64,000 bases of DNA from Intoshia linei (taxonomy: Eukaryota > Animalia > Orthonectida). This document shows positions 25,638 through 47,000 of the stretch, one piece after another; the first letter of the stretch is position 1, and every line of letters begins with the position of its first letter. The notes beneath the pieces are model-generated. The model did no database searches. It was not told the origin of the DNA and was given only the letters and a program-made list of their open reading frames with translations. The DNA is taken from NCBI GenBank assembly GCA_001642005.1, contig LWCA01000029.1, forward strand, positions 1 through 64,000. Reading direction: 5' to 3'. A program made the translations under genes and the position numbers.

Positions 25638-28600
25638 CTACTGATAGTATTTAGAATCTTTATTTCTAAAATTTCTTTTATATTCATCTCTATTATACGT
25701 GTACTGATTAGGAAATTGAGATTCTTCATTAGGTGTAATTTGTTGATTTTTATCATACATATTTGAGGCTGGATTGTAATTATATTGGTTACGATGAGGA
25801 TTCATTGCATTAATTGAAGGATTAAATTCACGTTGTCCCATTAATCTTGAATTTGGTTGTCTATTTTCATATTCAATACGTTTACGTTCAAAATATTCAG
25901 TTTGAGAAGGAGTTTGCCGTATTGGATAATCATGGGTAATTTGATTTGGAATTTCGTTAAAGTGTTCAGGTGGCATTGCATATTCCTTCATAAATTGATG
26001 AGTTTTATCATGTGGATTAAATGGTTGTTTACTAAAACTGCGAGGTTTATAAGAATTTTCATGAGTATAAGGCAAAGTTTCGGGTTCTCTATGGAAGTCT
26101 CCAAACGTATCGGTTTTTGTTTGATATGCGTACTTTTGAAATTCTGTAGGTTTGTCGAAATTTGGATAAGCTTGTTTCTTATAATTATGATAAGGATTAC
26201 TGTGATGGCTGGGACGATTTGTATGATCTGAAAAATGGGAAGGTTTTCCGGCAAGTCGATTTTTATAATTTTTTACAAATTGAATCTGATCATATTGATT
26301 AAATTCCGATTTTTGATAAGGTGATCCATAAGTAATTTTTTCCAATTCATATTCAGGTTTAGCCTTTGCCATACTGGATGGATAGCCCTTCTGATATTCC
26401 ACTTCAGAATTATTAGTACGATTATACCAATTTTTAGAGTTTAATTTTTCATAATCTTGGCGATCAACATAATCGTTTTCCGTATTTTTATCCAATAAAT
26501 ATTGGATAGACGTTTCCTGGCGAACATTGGGAGTGACTGGTTCTTGAATTACACTTTTCTGGGTTTCCTGAACTTCAGATGTATCTATTGTACTCGAAAC
26601 ATTGACGACTTCATTTTGATCTTCTGTAAATATTATTGGCGGCTTTAAACATTCCAATTGATTAATTTCGGTAGCATGCATATGGTTTTTTTGTTTACAT
26701 CTCTGTAATTTATACATATCGGTTTTTTTATCTACTGCAGTATACAATAACCAACCCGGCTGAATCACTGCACTCATAAAACCTTCAATTAATTCCCATT
26801 CAGATATTTTAACTTTATCTACATATTCTGCGCTAGTACAATAAGCAGGTTGATACAAATTATCATCCGAATTTAATTTATTCAAAACTTCGATATTTGA
26901 ATTATCCGAAACATATTTAGAGATTAAGAGTACATTTTGATGCTTAGGTATCGGCAGTAATTGGCTAAGTTCTTTAAATCTTTCTTTTGTATCACAAACC
27001 TCTTTTCGAATTTTTTTTACAATATTTAAAAATAATCTCTTATCATCTGGTCTTTCGGATACATCCGATGTCACAATAGCTCCGTTTATTAAACACATAG
27101 TCATATCTAATACAGTATTGTATAATTGTCGATTTACATGCGGATTAACTATTTGATAGTAAATTAGTTGCGTCAAAAGTAAACACCATTCAGAACTTTG
27201 GGTTCTTTGAATGGTGTCAAACATTGAACCAACCAAACTTAATCGAAGGTGAAGAGCGTCTTGTAAATACAATTTCAATCTACCGTCGTCAGGTACGCCT
27301 CTTTCTTCCTTTTCTTTTATTGAAGCAATAAGTTTGGAAATTTGCATTCGAAGAGAATCCAATAGACCTTCGCGTTGATGATCTTGACCGTGAAGACACG
27401 TTAAAATTAAAGAAAGGAATGGTTTCATGTTATCGGCTGATACACTATCGAAATTTAATCTAGCATGGCATTTTGTTACTGTCGACCAAACATTGTGATC
27501 TGCCTCCAGCACCTAAGTTAATTATAATTATAAATAAATCAAATTTAAAATATAATATTAAACATAAAACTTGAAATGGAATACGTTATTAGATATGGCA
27601 GTATCATAATAATACACCTCTAAAGTCAAAGTTCGATATATTAGTTATAGGTTATTATTTAATGCTCAGACTAATTTAATATTTATAACGCATAATTTAA
27701 TTAATTTAACATTATTTAATAAATACTGTGGTCGTCTAATTTAATGTTTAAGCGTGTAATATAATTATTGTACCATCTAACTTAATATTCGAACCGTTTG
27801 AATCAATTTATAAATTTCTGTGGATCACCACAAATCAACATTTCTCATAAGCCGTTTTTTATGTATTAGAATTTTTAAATAAATTTTATACATATAAGAA
27901 ATTGTTTAAATTGTGTCCCTTTTGGGGTAAAAATGACATGTGTAAACATTCTATCGATATAGCAATACCATTAATAATTGATGGGCGTATTGTACCTCGA
28001 TAGTCGAAAGCTCTCCTATTGAATGTTAAAAGAAAGAGAGGACGACCAGCTCAGGCTAATCCAGCTTTGCTTAGGCAGTGTTAAATTAACGGTTAATTCA
28101 ATAAATTAAAAGTTATTTTTATAAAAAATAATGCTGTTTAATAAATTCTACTTCTATTAATTTAGACTTTAACATTATAATTATAACATTTAACATTATA
28201 ACACATAATAACTGGTAAAATTAGACGCTGTAACTATTAAATTATATGTTGCAATAATAATAACTCTTAGTTATGTACTACGTATAAACTGAAACTCATT
28301 TGCAAAGGGCGAATTATAGTTTAGGGGCGATTTTAATATTTTATTAAAATTCACTATTTAAAACCTGTGATATTAAACTCGTAAAAATATAAATACAATA
28401 AATTTTAAATTAAATTGAATTTTAAAATCCATGGTTATAAAAAAAATGAATGGATGTTAATTATAAATCACAATAAAATTTTCAGTTATATTTTGTAACA
28501 GATACTCCACATATAAACTTTAACTTAATTTTCAATTCAATAATAATAATTTGTGGTTATAAAAATGCAGAGACGAACCTACCATGCTCGAGACACCATA

Positions 28601-31600
28601 TTTCGCCAACTTTAAACGCCAACCAAAACGCGTATATATCTAGTTACTATTTATATTTTCTTTCCTCTAGTATAATTTTCCTCTTAGTTTTAGCTAGTTA
28701 CAATACTAACTATCTAGTAGTTGTAAGTTACAACTACTTTCAGGCCTCTCAATACCGCCATTATATTTCAATTTTATAACAAACTTATAAGAAAATTTCT
28801 CACTACCGCCAGATTCTCCAAAACTACAAACTGTTATTATAGAAATTATTAATCTAATTTTTTTTATCGCTTACAAAATGAGTTAAATCATGGATAAATC
28901 AAGTTCATTTTATCATTATTTTAGTGTCTAAATGCTATATTAATACATACTAATCATATCCATGATCCATTCTCTACAACCATATACTCTCAATACTGCC
29001 ATTTATATCGAAATTCTAAAATGATGGTATTGAGAGGCCTGACTGTAGTTATATCAAAAAATATGATTTTTTACATGGTACATTTAGAAAAATGAGGCCT
29101 CATCATACAATAATTTTGTCGAGACCCCGAGGAAGATCGCGGATACGGTATGTTCGGCTCTGCGCAGATGCACACATACATTTAAGCGTACACAATCGCA
29201 AATTAATAATCTAAAATTTTGATATTTCAGCTAATCGTACCAATTAATATAAATTTGATACCTGTCCACTAATTTTCAATATGACTGCTTGAACTTCACT
29301 AGGCAATCTATAAATAAGAGAAGCGCAATACCAACAACCATACTCATAGCCTCTAAACATGTTTTTTGATTCAGAACAAGTAGTAGCGCTACTCATATTA
29401 ACATTTTCATGATTAAAAGAATCATCATAATTTTCGTCAGATTGTAAGTCCTTGGCAGATTTAAACAAATTCATTGTACAAGCCGCAATTTCTTGATAAA
29501 CATCTTGAAGAATAGATCTATCACACTGCTTAATAATTAACTCAACTTGTAAAATACGTTCTCGTATAGTCCAAACATCAATGTTTTCCAATAGATTTTG
29601 AATAATTTTTTTATAACAATTCAAATTGAGAGAATCTTGGCTATCGAAATTAAAGTTGTTATTTTGTTTAAAAATTAGAGATGAATTTGTACAATCAACT
29701 CTAAAAGAGTCTGTGGTAATTGCTCCTAAAATTTTTAAAGATAAGGGTTTTTTGAGAGCATCATCTAAAAGAACATCGGGATGGAGTAATTTTTCAGAAG
29801 ATTCCAATAAAATATTGACACACCAATGTATATTGTATATCCGTGCTAGAGACAAATGGCACAATTCATATATACAAATTTGTGCATCATTAGAATACAA
29901 TAGATTGAAATGTGAAAATAAATTGTGCACTCCATTTACATTAACTTGGAAAGTCTTTTGACTCTTGGACGAAACAATTTTATATGACTTTATCAACGCC
30001 AAAACAGCGCACGCAGAAACTTTTTTACAGCCATTTGAAATTAGACGAAACTCATCCAAATAATATTTCAAACAATTGGAAATTAATCCAGTATTTTTGA
30101 TTGAGAAGGATAATTCAATAATGGGTGTATCGGAAATTGTCAAAAAAGTAGTAAAAACATGATAACACAATCGCATACATTTCAATACATTATTTTCTGG
30201 TTGGTTATCTGCTTGATTTATTTTGGAGTATACGATAGGTAAAAATACATGGAATATTAAATCTTGCATACTAAAAATATTATGGCCCAACAATATTCCC
30301 GTAAAAACAATGATAATTTCTCCGGTAATTTTCCTACCTTGTTCAATATTTTCGATTGATTGTTTAAAATCAGACTTTACATCCAAACAAAAAATGGATT
30401 TGAAAGCATTGAGCCAATCCAATGCAAATTTTGGACACTTTACGCTAATGTCGGCGCAATAAACTGAAGCTTTAATAATTTCATGAAATGACAATTTTGG
30501 ATTCATTATATATTTCAATGCGACAAAAATGAATAGTTTACGATATAAATTATTTTTTAACTTTTTTGATAATCCAGAAATATTACCGTGGAATAAAATT
30601 TTTTTAAAAATTTCGATTGTATCTGCATTTCGTGAAACAAATTTTTCAAAATTATTATTATTATCACTGTTTTGGCTATCATAATCGATTATAGTTGTAG
30701 AAATTTTTGATAGTTTTGTATCAATTGAGTTTAAAGTGCTATTGCTTTTTACATCAAAATTTTCTTCAATTATATTACAAATATTACGAAATTCTATAGC
30801 AAATTTATAGCATGTGAACAATTTTGAACTAAATCCAATATCTTTATACATGTTTAAGCAGATTTTTAAATAGTTTGCATAAAATGATATCAATTCCTTT
30901 TCCGGAAAAAGTAAAAAAGATTCGATGTGTTGGTTCAAAACAGATGTGCAACATATTAAGGTGTTCAAAATGTAGGGTTGAAATTTTTTCAGCTTTTCAA
31001 ATAATTTTTCTATTGCATCAATTACCTAAATTAAAAAAATATAGGTTGATAATAATTTAAGTTATTTTTTAATGGAAATGCGTAGATTTCTAAGATTGAA
31101 ATTTTGTATTTATACCAACTGTAATAAGCTGTATCAGAATTTATTTTTTTTAAATTCAGGGACCATTAATATAAATTTTTTTTTAATAAAATAGTTACCA
31201 AATAAAAAAATAAATACCAAAATGCTTTTTGACCGTGATAAAAAAAAATTTTTATATGGTAACTCGAAATTACTGTATGAACAATATTATTTTTTTTAAA
31301 ATTCTAGGACTATTTTAAATTTGATAAAAATTAGTTAAGGGTTATAATTGTGAAAATTCACTTTTTTGTCCATACGATTTATGATAATTAGCATTATCAA
31401 ATGAAAAATTCTAGGAGTTTTATTATTTTTTTAAAAAAAGGGTAATTTGGGAAATTTACCATAAAGATTTATGAAGTTTCTAAAGTTGAAATTGACCACA
31501 CTGTTAATGATTTTAAATCGTGTCCAAGAAAATATGTTTTTTTAAAATTTAGGGCTGATTTTATTTAAAAAAATAAAAGAGGCATTGGCTTTTGTCCATC

Positions 31601-34600
31601 TGAAGATTGCATTTAAAACTTGTTTTCTGAAATAAAAATGACTGGACAAATAATCAATATTCCGATCCGTAAATTTCCGTACTAAAATCTAACCAAAACC
31701 TACTCCCATATATTTAACCCTACTCTTAAATATCTAAAATACTTTTATTGGCTTAGATCAGTAGTTCCCGATTCAAATAGTGTACGGACCCATTTCAAAA
31801 TATTTATTTTTTCTGACCCAAAAGGTAACATGAAATATATAAAATTTATAAAAAAATTAAAGGCTTTATCATAAAATTTGGTAAAAACGTTATTTTCAAA
31901 AAAATACTGGAAAAGGGGATTTTTCCATTAAGGGTTGGTAAAACTGTATTTTTTATTTTGGGTTTTGGATTAGGAACTTGTTTCTCATAAGATTTTATAA
32001 AATCGTTTTTTTTTTCAAAAAAATACTGGAAAAAGAGGTTTTTCCGTTAAGGGTTTAAAATGTTATTTTTTAATATATTTTTTTAATGGTGGGATAAAAT
32101 TGGGATTTTTAAAATAATAATGAACCGGTCGCCTAGGCTTTGGGATAAATTTCCAACATGTGACATTCTAATAAATATTAAAAATTCTCCCATAAAAATA
32201 AAAAAAGTTGGTATAAATTTTATTATATTTTATTTAAATCTCACGGACGAATCTCTCAACGGAAATTAACTATCAGACTAATATTTTATTAAAATTCTAG
32301 GCCTCTAAATTAAATAAAAAAATGGGAGTAATTAGGGGGTTTGAGCTTGAAGATGCATATTTCAAATAATAAAATTAATCATATTGTATTAGAATTACAA
32401 TAGCTATAAACAAATGTAGATATGACCGTCAAGTGGCTAGGAGTCATATTGCCGGGGCCTAACATCATGAGGGGTCTAATATTTTAATTTATTAATATGT
32501 AATATTTTTTAAGAATGCCAAAATAATGATGACCGATGATGTTTAAAATGTTATTTTCAATTTTTAGACTATAATCGATCGATTAAACAATGTATAGACG
32601 TCCCAATATTAAAAAAAATTATAGGAGCCCTACAAACTTCCATCTGGCCTGGGGCTACTGCTGGCTCTCCACGGTCCTGTATGCATATAAACTGGTACAA
32701 TAATATTAATTATAATTATAGAAAAATTATCTTATATTGTGATAAATACAACTAATAAATAGAGATTCTTAATCAATAACATCATAATATAAAGTGCTTC
32801 ACGTCAAATTACAAAAAAAATTAAAAATACACATGTCTAAATCAACACCACAATAAATTAAATTAAAAACCTTCAAACACAACTGCAAAACCTTAAAAAT
32901 TTGATGACAAACAATTCCAATTTCAAAAACAAAAGACATAGTAAAAACAAAAGGTAATTGATTCAATTGATTTTGATTAAATTCAAACATCTTCAAAATA
33001 ATCCCCATCGCAAAATCAAAAAGTCGAGACTTATCAAATGGAGAAAAAAGTTTAACCTTATTCACAAACCCTCTTTTGACATTAATTTCAAACAAGAATA
33101 ATTTTTCAAGAAATTTATAAGAATCCAAATGCTCGACAGTATTTTCATTCAATTTGAAAGTTTGATTGATAAACACTTTAAAAACCATAAAACATTTTTG
33201 AACAGTATTCTTATAATCATCAAAACAAATGGGATTGTCCGAACAAATTAGTTCAAACAAAACCCTCCTCTCGTGTAAAATTTTTTCATTTTCAACAGGA
33301 ATATTGAGAACATATAAAGCATGCCTTGCAACAGAAAAAAAACTTTCATTTTCATGTTTACAATAAAAACAATCTGAACTTGAAACGTTGAGTAATGGTA
33401 AATGGTTTTTATTTCTATAACACGGTGTACCACGGAGTATTAAAGCTTGGATAAATTCTTGAAAATTAAACAAATCGTTTCGATAAAAAAATGAGTACAA
33501 ATTACAAATATTATTAAATTCTGGTGCGTCATGATTTATACAGTAAATACAACCAGACATGTGAAGTTCAGTTTCAAAAAAAAGTCTCAGTTGGATTTTG
33601 ACAAATTTTCGTTTTTCAATTTCGATTGATTCGGCCTTTGATGACACAAACTGATTAATTAGTATCGCAACAAAATATTGACGATGCTCGCCATATCGTA
33701 AGGTACTTATGGCCCAATGACACAGAGTTTTAATTATTATTGCGTTTAAATGATTTTTATTTTCGGGGGTACATTTCTTATCGAAAATTAAATCACAAAT
33801 TTTTTTGATGCTTGATTTGTTTGTGTAGCTTTTAAAATGATGGTTATCGAGAATTTCAATGGTTGACAGTAAACGTGAACACAAGAGACCCGTAATTGAT
33901 TGACGGTATTGTTCTGAAGACCAGGCCATCTCTACCGCTTTACTGCGTTCCATAATTTCATCGAGGCTGTCTTTAATTTCAAAAAATGAATAATATCTGG
34001 CATGTTTATTATAACTCCGTGAATAAGGAAGGTGTAATGGGGATAAAACCAAAAAATCTAACGGTGATCCAGCTAAATCAGATGCCTCGTGCCATCCACC
34101 AATGTTGCAATATATTAGGGCTAAAGGGCATTGTAAAATTGAAATTTGGATTTGGCTGGTGAGCATAGATATCAGGTTTCTCATTTCAAGTCCAATTTCA
34201 ATGATTTTTGATATCAATTTTTTGTTGGATGCGACGGAATTTTCGCTGTCTCGCAAGAATTCCATTTCTGAAGGGTTCAAGTTGTTTTTAGCTTCTTCCA
34301 TGATTCTTTTCATTAAATAACAACAAACACTAGTCTGACGTCTGCATAGCCACTCACAAAGTGTAAATTCCTGAGCATACCGACTTGACACAATAAAAAT
34401 TAAATGAATTAATGAATAATGTGCAAAAACATAGGTTTCTATAAAAACAACCAGCCAATTGAGTAGCTCGTATCGGTCTAATAGCTTGTCCGTGTACATG
34501 TGATGTAAAAATTGTGTCAAATACTCCCATCTGTTTAAATAAATGGCCAATTCTCGTTTTTGCTTATTATTAGAATTTTTCAACTCGTCTAAACTTTTAG

Positions 34601-35279
34601 TCAACAGTATGGCATTATCGTGAGTGTGTTCGTCAATTCTACGAAGAGTTTCATTCAAATACTTCATTAAACTAACCGTCCAATCTAGAGATTTATCCGA
34701 AATTCCAGTTCTTTTTTTATTTTTCGTTTCCGCTAATAAACTATTGTAAGCTGCAACCATTTTAACGTACCAAGCAGCTTCTATTTTGGGGACATTATAA
34801 TTGACTAAAATCCCAAAAACATCATCTTTTTTAGCAAAAATAGGGACTTTTTTGCTACATTTTTTAAATTTATCTATCGTAACTTTATCACACAACATTT
34901 TAAACCACGCATCCGTTTCATTCATATTTTTGTTATTGGCCAGCAAAAAATTGTCTTTAATACTCATACACTTTTTTAACCCATTTGTAATTTTATTTGA
35001 ACCGGAATCTAAAACTGGTTCCGGTTTACATCTCTTTTTAATTATAGTATTGAAAGAATTTACCAATTTTTTCAAATCAGCAAAATATAACATTGCATTG
35101 CCGCATTCATCTAATATTGGAGGTAGATTTACAAATCCATATCTAATCAAATCTTTATCCAAGCTGTTTTCACTACACGTTTTTTCATTGGCATGCACAT
35201 CAATCACAATGTTTTTTGATTTTTCTTTGCTTTTATTTTTGAATAATATTTCTCCATCTATAAATTTTGCATATTCCAT
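25638..35279 (-). CDS. MED12: Mediator complex subunit 12 (~2015 aa, 3 exons)
   Basis: Exons 35279-32871, 31025-29262 and 27512-25638 (phase 0). Motifs KKVPIF.KK.DVF..L..YNVP...AAW..KM, GSPLD.L...P..LP, RS.AVE..WS, LC.WA.S..R.GEHR, PFLSLILTCL.GQD.QREGLL.SL and LRLSLVG.MFDTIQR. Confidence 0.95.
27880..28085 (+). mobile_element. MULE/SWIM-type transposase C-terminal remnant in MED12 intron 2
   Basis: Degenerate C.P....K..CKH SWIM motif followed by NVKRKRGRPAQANPALLRQ (AT-hook-like tail). Confidence 0.6.
28737..29045. mobile_element. pogo/Tigger-like MITE
   Basis: 16-bp perfect inverted repeat CAGGCCTCTCAATACC / GGTATTGAGAGGCCTG; right end ...GACTG|TA; internal repeats CTC(A)(A/C)TAC(C/T)GCCA. 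Confidence 0.8.
32421..32679. mobile_element. hAT (Tip100-like) MITE family; other copies at ~36985-37216 and 55127-55250
   Basis: Shared blocks ATCATGA(G/A)GG, TTTTTAGAC.ATAA.CGATCGATTAA and CATCTGGC..GGG.CTACTGCTG.CTCTC...GG.CCT; ends of the CAGGG(T/C)CG type. Confidence 0.7.
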
Positions 35280-35769
35280 TTTATGATTTTAGTTGAATAA
35301 TTCAATTAAATGTAATTATTTTATTATTTCATCTAATTAAAATGCATCAAAAATTGTTAAATATACGATTTATAATCTTAATGTTCTATTGCGTTAATGA
35401 ATAAATAAATAAATGTGCAACGTAAATTTAAGCAACCAGGACATTACATTTATCACTTGTATTTGATACTTTTTAATTTTTAAGATAAATTCCAAGTTTT
35501 TGTTTTCAAATTTTTTTATGTTTTATCTTTTTATAAATTATTTACCATTAATATTTTTATATACACTTTTATACATTGTTTGAGATAAATTACAATAATT
35601 GCTATATTAAATGGATTCATAGATAAGGGTGTATATTTAAAAGCGATAATAAAGTATTTCTATTAGATAAACAATAAATGGAATTTTCAAATTAAATGTT
35701 GCTAAATATCTTTTGAATTGGTTCAATTCATCAATTGAGTAGAGAATATATAGAACCATTTTCATAATA
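35280..35769. promoter_or_regulatory. Probable bidirectional promoter shared by MED12 and NDUFS2
   Basis: Divergent ATGs 490 bp apart with no recognisable TE in between; no specific motif identified. Confidence 0.55.
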
Positions 35770-43577
<7,808 letters not shown>

Positions 43578-44097
43578 TTTTAATATATTAAATGTTATGT
43601 TATTAAACATTTTAATTATCATAAATTGTTCTAAATTGGTAAATCTTGGAAATGTAGTGTTTGTGTTTTGATTTTTAAAAATAGTACAGATAGAACAATA
43701 TAAATCGAGCCGTCTAGTTGATTTAAAAATTATTGATCATTTTTAAAATAATCGATATAAATTTGTGTATCATCGTTAAATTCACTAAAATTTCTGTGGA
43801 TACTAGCTCTGATACACAGACTACTTTTAACGGATATTGATCCCAGACTCATTTAATATCGACTTGTTTTCCTGTTTTTATATTTCTATTAATTTTGTTT
43901 AAAACTCAGGTACTAGAGTATATTATAAAATTATAGGGTAAAGCCCTAGAGTTAATAGACTGGTTCAGCCGTTTTGACATGCATGTACAACTGTATCGAT
44001 TGTTATATCAATACATGCTATTTTCCAAGTTACTGTAATAACAAAGTATTGCTTCAAAGTTTTAAATCAATTCAATTATTCCTTCTAATTGATTCTT

Positions 44098-47000
44098 ATG
44101 AACTTTGATATTCTGCCAACCATAGCTGAGGTTTCCACCAGCATGGAGCAATTGGCGATAGAGGAAGAAGGGATTGACATCAAGAATGACTTATTACAAA
44201 ATGCCGGAAATTTAAAATCGACAAATGGTTCTGGGGAAATGGGTCATAACGATAGTTTTGATGAAATGGACCAACAAAATGTTGATTTTTATTCTGATGG
44301 TTCACCTAATTCTGAAAATATTTACAAAGATTTTATACCAATAAATTATAACAATGACCAACTCAATGGAAACGTTGAACAGTTGATGGTGAGTATTTTG
44401 GACGAACGAGATTCATTATATCAAGATAAACGAAACTTGCAAGAAAAAATTGAAAATTTACAAGAAAATTTAAAAATTGTTCAAAAAGATTGTGATTTTT
44501 ATTATTCTCAGTTGGAAGAAAATGTCACAAAGGATTATGCATTAATGTTGAGTCAATTTAATAGAATGAGTCAAGATATAGTTGAACGTGACGATGAAAT
44601 TTTGGACTTAAAAGCTGAAAGACAAAACGTCAAGCTTCTTTTAAACCATTTGGAAATTTTAATATCACGTCATGAACGTTCTTTGAGATCTACATTGATG
44701 AAACGTCAAAATGGTCAGAATTCGATGAACGGGTCTAGTGAGGTTGAAATATTAAAAGCAATGAAATCTTTATTTGAACATCACAAGGTTTTGGACGAGA
44801 AGGTGAGGGACAAGTTGAAAGTTTCTCGTGAACGTGTTGTCGAACTTGAAACGGAGCTTTATAAGGCGAATGAAGAGTTGCTCCAAAGTAAAGACGAAAA
44901 CAATGATAAAGAGGACCATTTCAATGATGATGGGCGATTAGATTTACTGGAAAAGGAAAATAAAACTTTGAAATCAAAAATTGTCAATCTTGAGGCAAAC
45001 TTTCAAACTAATATTATTAAAATTGATGAATATGAAAAGGATTTTAGGAAACATAAAACGGACATGTTGCATAATCAAGAAAATTATGATAAATTGAAAT
45101 TTGACAATGAAAACTTGTTAAATGTCGAAAAAAAGTTAAAAACGAGTTTAACTTTAAAGGATCACACAATAGGTGAACTGAAAAGTAAAAATTCAGAGTT
45201 GTATGCAAGTTTACGGCAAATTAATAAACAAAATGACGCTAATGTCAAGAATAACGAATTAGTAAAGTGTCTTAATGAACTCACTGAAGCGGAAAGTCGA
45301 AATGAAGCGTCAAGAGAGCAATATTATCAATTGGAGTTGCAGTTACAAGAAGCCGTTTCAGAGTTGAATCGAGCATGTAAACGTGAAAAACTCAACGAAG
45401 ACCATAATATTAGACTTTCCTATACAGTTGACAAGCTGCTTAATGAGTCTTGTGAACGATTACAAATTCACATGTCTGAAAAGATTGTGTCTATTGACAA
45501 GAACAATGAAATGAAACTTAAAATTGAGTCCATGCAACATAGTCTTACCAATCTAAATAATGAAAATGTAATTTTTTTAAATTATTGTCTTGTAAATTCA
45601 AGTTTCTGAGGGTATATGATTTGTTCAATAAAAATTTGACCTTTTTAAATATAGGACTTGATTATACAAATTAACTTTTCAGACACGTTATATATTCATA
45701 ATATAATGTACCTTACCATTAGGTTCAATTAAAATCAAAACTAAATGCCCTGAAGGAAAATTATGATAAATCTATACTTGAATTGGATTATTTAAGGTAT
45801 TAATTTTTTATTTTGATATCAATTAAAACTTATTAGAAAAGAATATAAACATAGGAGTACATGTAACAATGATGGTGAAGTATTTTAGTTTAGATTTAGA
45901 CACATTAAAATAATTTAGCAATTTTACAACGAATATGGTACCAAATTGCCAATTAATCAATCCAACCTCTACAATTCCATTTGTTTAAATAGAATAGCTA
46001 CTTTACCTAAACACATGGATTGTAATAATTACTCAATTGAATCAGATATTGATCAAAGTAATGCCATGTGTAGTAAAGAACCTTTAACGTTAAATTCTAA
46101 TGCTCAAAACGCTGCAGAAATTTTACAACAACAATTAAATGCCATAAACAATGAAATTAGGTAAATTTTAAATTTTGGGTTAAAAATACTTTTCATCCTA
46201 AATTTAGGTCGCATGTTGTTTAATTTTCATTTAAATTGAGTAACTGGGACATTTTCACTTTTAAATTATGTTTTAAAGCGGGCAAAGAATTTTTAATATT
46301 AACATACAAATAGTGCAAATCTTTATATATCAAAATACATTAATTGTATTGTACTTTTTTGATTATGAAGGTATCAATTACTGAAATTTAAATTTTTTCT
46401 CTATATAACTTGAAAAAACAATAAAATGCTATGTTTAAAAAATTCTACGATTCAAAGTTTTCATTGTTTTTCAAAATAAGTGTAATTTGGTCTTTGTTGG
46501 TGGAGATGCAAATGTATGAGAATAAAATTCATCCTACTTGATGTATTGGAATGAAAATAACTTAGAATTAGAGCTTTAGAATTTGAGTAATCACAAATTA
46601 TAAGACAATTATTTTCAGTAAGTGTCTTATAAAAAACTAGATTTACTGGTATGTATTTGTACAAACAGCAGCTAGCTCTGCCGAGGGTCGCTTTTTAATT
46701 TTAAAATCTATTTTTTAAATGTTTATAGACATTGAGTGTATAATCTTAAAAACAATCCAATTATAGTTACAACTCTAAAAAATCGTCATAAATAATATTA
46801 ATTCCATATAAATAAAATTTTAAATATCTATATTACATACTTTTATCTGCTGTCATGCATTTCGGATAATCCTTATCAATGAAAACTTATCATAAGGCAA
46901 TGTTACCAACATCCTAATTTATATAATATGCTACCCGATTTTTGTTTGTGTGTGTGTGTCTGTGTGTTACGCTTTATTGACATAACTACACGTCTTAGAA

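Noticed and set aside
25857-26254. Overlapping or antisense ORFs within MED12 (also 29626-29961, 30223-30462, 34102-34320, 34801-35286)
   Set aside because: Shadow frames of a long real CDS, with no recognisable motifs.
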